DNA of 64,000 nt from Eledone cirrhosa (lineage: Eukaryota), in the NCBI GenBank assembly GCA_964016885.1, contig OZ024742.1, forward strand, positions 13,640,001 through 13,704,000, given 5' to 3'. Each line of letters opens with the position of its first letter. The stretch's first letter is position 1. Under the pieces are notes generated by a model. The model searched no databases. It was given only the letters and a program-made list of their open reading frames with translations, and was not told the DNA's origin. Made by a program: the position numbers and the translations under genes. This document shows positions 60,201-64,000 of this stretch, in pieces.

Positions 60201-63200
60201 TTGGTTTGGTCATTCCATGACAGTATCTTGGTCAGTCTATCACTTGTTCCACCCAGCCTCATATCTTGACTTGGTCATTCCATGACAGTATCTTGGTCAG
60301 TCTATCACCTGTTTGACCCAGCCTCATATCTTCACTTGGTCATTCCATGACAGTATCTTGGTCAGTCTATCACCTGTTTGACCCAGCCTCATATCTTGAC
60401 TTTGTCATTCCATGACAGTATCTTGGTCAGTCTATCACCTGTTTGACCCAGCCTCATATCTTGACTTGGTCATTGCATGACATTATCGTGGTCAGTCTAG
60501 CACCTGTTTGACCCAGCCTCATATCTTGACTTGGTCATTCCATGACAGTATCTTGGTCAGTCTATCACCTGTTTGACCTAGCCTCATATCTTGACTTGGT
60601 CATTCCATGACAGTATCGTGGTCAGTCTATCACCTGTTTGACCCAGCCTCATATCTTGATTTGGTCATTCTATGACAGTATCTTGGTCAGTCTATCACTT
60701 GTTCCACCCAGCCTCATATCTTAACTTGGTCATTCCATGACAGTATCTTGGTCAGTCTATCACCTGTTTGACCCAGCCTTATATCTTCACTTGGTCATTC
60801 CATGACAGTATCGTGGTCAGTCTAGCACCTGTTTGACCCAGCCTCATATCTTGATTTGGTCATTCCATGACAGTATCTTGGTCAGTCTATCACCTGTTTG
60901 ACCCAGCCTCATATCTTGACTTGGTCATTCGATGACAGTATCTTGGTCAGTATATCACCGGTTTGACCCAGCCTTATATCTTGACTTGGTCATTCCATGA
61001 CAGTATCTTGGACAGTCTATCACCTGTTTGACCCAGCCTCGTATCTTGACTTGGTCATTCCATGACAGTATCTTGGTCAGTCTATCACCTGTTTGACCCA
61101 GCCTCGTATCTCTACTTGGTCATTCCATGACAGTATCTTGGTCAGTCTATCACCTGTTTGACCCAGCCTCATATCTTGACATGGTCATTCCATGACAGTA
61201 TCTGGGTCAGTATATCTCCTGTTCCACCCAGCCTCATATCTTGACTTGGTCATTCCATGAGAGTATCTTGGTCAGTCTATCACCTGTTTGACCCAGCCTC
61301 ATATCCTGACATGGACATTCCATGACAGTATCTTGGTCAGTCTATCACCTGTTCCACCCAGCCTCATATCTTGACTTGGTCATTCCATGACAGTATCTAG
61401 GTCAGTCTATCACCTGTTTGACCCAGCCTTATATCTTGACTTGATCATTCCATGACAGTATCTTGGTCAGTTTATCACCTGTTTGACCCAGCCTCATATC
61501 CTGACTTGTTCATTCCATGACAGTATCTTGGTCAGTCTATCACCTGTTCCACCCAGCCTCATAACTTGACTTGGTCATTCCATGACAGTATCTTGGTCAG
61601 TGTATCACCTGTTTGACCCAGCCTTATATCTTGACTTGGTCATTCCATGACAGTATCTTGGTCAGTTTATCACCTGTTTGACCCAGCCTCATATCTTGAC
61701 TTGGTCATTCCATGACAGTATCTTGGTCAGTCTATCACCTGTTTGACCCAGCCTCATATCTTGACTTGGTCATTCCATGACAGTATCTTGGTAAGTCTAT
61801 CACCTGTTTGACCAAGCCTCATATCTTGACTTGGTCATTCCATGACAGTATCTTGGTCAGTCTATCTCCTGTTTGACCCAGCCTCATATCTTGACTTGGT
61901 CATTCCATGACGGTATATTGGTCAGTCTATCACCTGTTTGACCCAGCCTCATATCTTGACTTGGTCATTCCATGACAGTATCTTGGTCAGTCTATCACCT
62001 GTTCCACCCAGCCTCATATCTTGACTTGGTCATTCCATGACAGTATCTTGGTCAGTCTATCACCTGTTTGACCCAGCCTCATATCTTGATTTGGTCATTC
62101 CATGACAGTATCTTGGTCAGTATATCACCTGTTCCACCCAGCCTCATATCTTGACTTGGTCATTCCATGACAGTATCTTGGTCAGTCTATCACCTGTTTG
62201 ACCCAGCCTTATATCTTGACTTGGTCATTCCATGACAGTATCTTGGTCAGTCTATCACCTGTTTGACCCAGCCTCATACCTTGACTTGGTCATTCCATGA
62301 CAGTATCTTGGTCAGTCTATCACATGTTTGACCCAGCCTCATATCTTGATTTGGTCATTCCATGACAGTATCTTGGTCAGTCTATCACCTGTTCCACCCA
62401 GCCTCATATCTTGACTTGGTCATTCCATGACAGTATCTTGTTCAGTCTATCACCTATTCCACCCAGCCTCATATCTTGATTTGGTCATTCCATGACAGTA
62501 TCTTGGTCAGTCTATCACCTGTTTGACACAGCCTCATATCTTGATTTGGTCATTCCATGACAGTATCTTGGTCAGTCTATGACATGTTCCACCCAGCCTC
62601 ATATCTTGACTTGGTCATTCCAAGACAGTATCTTGGTCAGTCTATCACCTGTTTGACCCAGCCTCATATCTTGACTTGATCATTCCATGACAGTATCTTG
62701 GTCAGTCTATCTCCTGTTTGACCCAGCCTCATATCTTGACTTGGTCATTCCATGACGGTATATTGGTCAGTCTATCACCTGTTTGACCCAGCCTCATATC
62801 TTGACTTGGTCATTCCATGACAGTATCTTGGTCAGTCTATCACCTGTTCCACCCAGCCTCATATCTTGACTTGGTCATTCCATGACAGTATCTTGGTCAG
62901 TCTATCACCTGTTTGACCCAGCCTCATATCTTGACTTGGTCATTCCATGACAGTATCTTGGTCAGTCTATCTCCTGTTTGACCCAGCCTCATATCTTGAA
63001 TTGGTCATTCCATGACAGTATCTTGGTCAGTCTATCACATGTTTGACCCAGCCTCATATCTTGATTTGGTCATTCCATGACAGTATCTTGGTCAGTCTAT
63101 CACCTGTTCCACCCAGCCTCATATCTTGACTTGGTCATTCCATGACAGTATCTTGGTCAGTCTATCACCTGTTTGACCCAGCCTTATATCTTGACTTGGT

Positions 63201-64000
63201 CATTCCATGACAGTATCTTGGTCAGTCTATCACCTGTTTGACCCAGCCTCATATCTTGACTTGGTCATTCCATGACAGTATCTTGGTCAGTCTATCACAT
63301 GTTTGACCCAGCCTCATATCTTGATTTGGTCATTCCATGACAGTATCTTGGTCAGTCTATCACCTGTTCCACCCAGCCTCATATCTTGACTTGGTCATTC
63401 CATGACAGTATCTTGGTCAGTCTATCACCTATTCCACCCAGCCTCATATCTTGATTTGGTCATTCCATGACAGTATCTTGGTCAGTCTATCACCTGTTTG
63501 ACACAGCCTCATATCTTGGTTTGGTCATTCCATGACAGTATCTTGGTCAGTCTATCACTTGTTCCACCCAGCCTCATATCTTGACTTGGTCATTCCATGA
63601 CAGTATCTTGGTCAGTCTATCACCTGTTTGACCCAGCCTCATATCTTCACTTGGTCATTCCATGACAGTATCTTGGTCAGTCTATCACCTGTTTGACCCA
63701 GCCTCATATCTTGACTTTGTCATTCCATGACAGTATCTTGGTCAGTCTATCACCTGTTTGACCCAGCCTCATATCTTGACTTGTTCATTGCATGACATTA
63801 TCGTGGTCAGTCTAGCACCTGTTTGACCCAGCCTCATATCTTGACTTGGTCATTCCATGACAGTATCTTGGTCAGTCTATCACCTGTTTGACCTAGCCTC
63901 ATATCTTGACTTGGTCATTCCATGACAGTATCGTAGTCAGTCTATCACCTGTTTGACCCAGCCTCATATCTTGATTTGGTCATTCTATGACAGTATCTTG
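33233..64000. repeat. 65-bp satellite, ~473 units, runs off the window end
   Basis: Consensus TTGGTCATTCCATGACAGTATCTTGGTCAGTCTATCACCTGTTTGACCCAGCCTCATATCTTGAC; GTCATTCCAT recurs at 33301, 33366, etc. Confidence 0.99.

Noticed and set aside
33233-64000. CRISPR array or ribozyme-bearing satellite
   Set aside because: No unique spacers and no cas genes; no CTGANGA...GAAA core on either strand of the monomer.
33207-64000. Selenoprotein/readthrough repeat ORF (+ strand consensus has only TGA stops)
   Set aside because: Unit length is not a multiple of 3, variants freely create TAA/TAG (TCTTAAC, TCTAGCAC, TATAACC), and no SECIS is seen.

Overview
Eukaryotic, AT-rich, gene-free window. The SINE types and microsatellite load suggest a cephalopod/mollusc such as octopus (inference). 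It has three zones. (1) 1-12160 is a patchwork of (TA)n/(CA)n/(TC)n microsatellites with short retroelement islands between them. It contains at least five complete type-I hammerhead ribozyme (HHR) motifs plus truncated or degenerate ones, two inverted pseudo-LTR-like duplications, a 5'-truncated Penelope-like element (RT C-terminus, CxCx5Cx5C linker, GIY-YIG endonuclease), an RTE-clade LINE 3' end, a tRNA-derived SINE and a Tc1/mariner-type MITE. (2) About 12163-33100 is a 21-kb 12-bp satellite (CTGAGACAYACA)n with nested higher-order repeats, including a near-perfect 7852-bp tandem duplication. (3) 33233-64000 is a 65-bp satellite of about 473 units with shifting higher-order periods, preceded by a strong splice-acceptor-like site. 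Almost all ORFs in the supplied track are repeat artefacts. All structures and alignments were read by eye; nothing was computed or searched.
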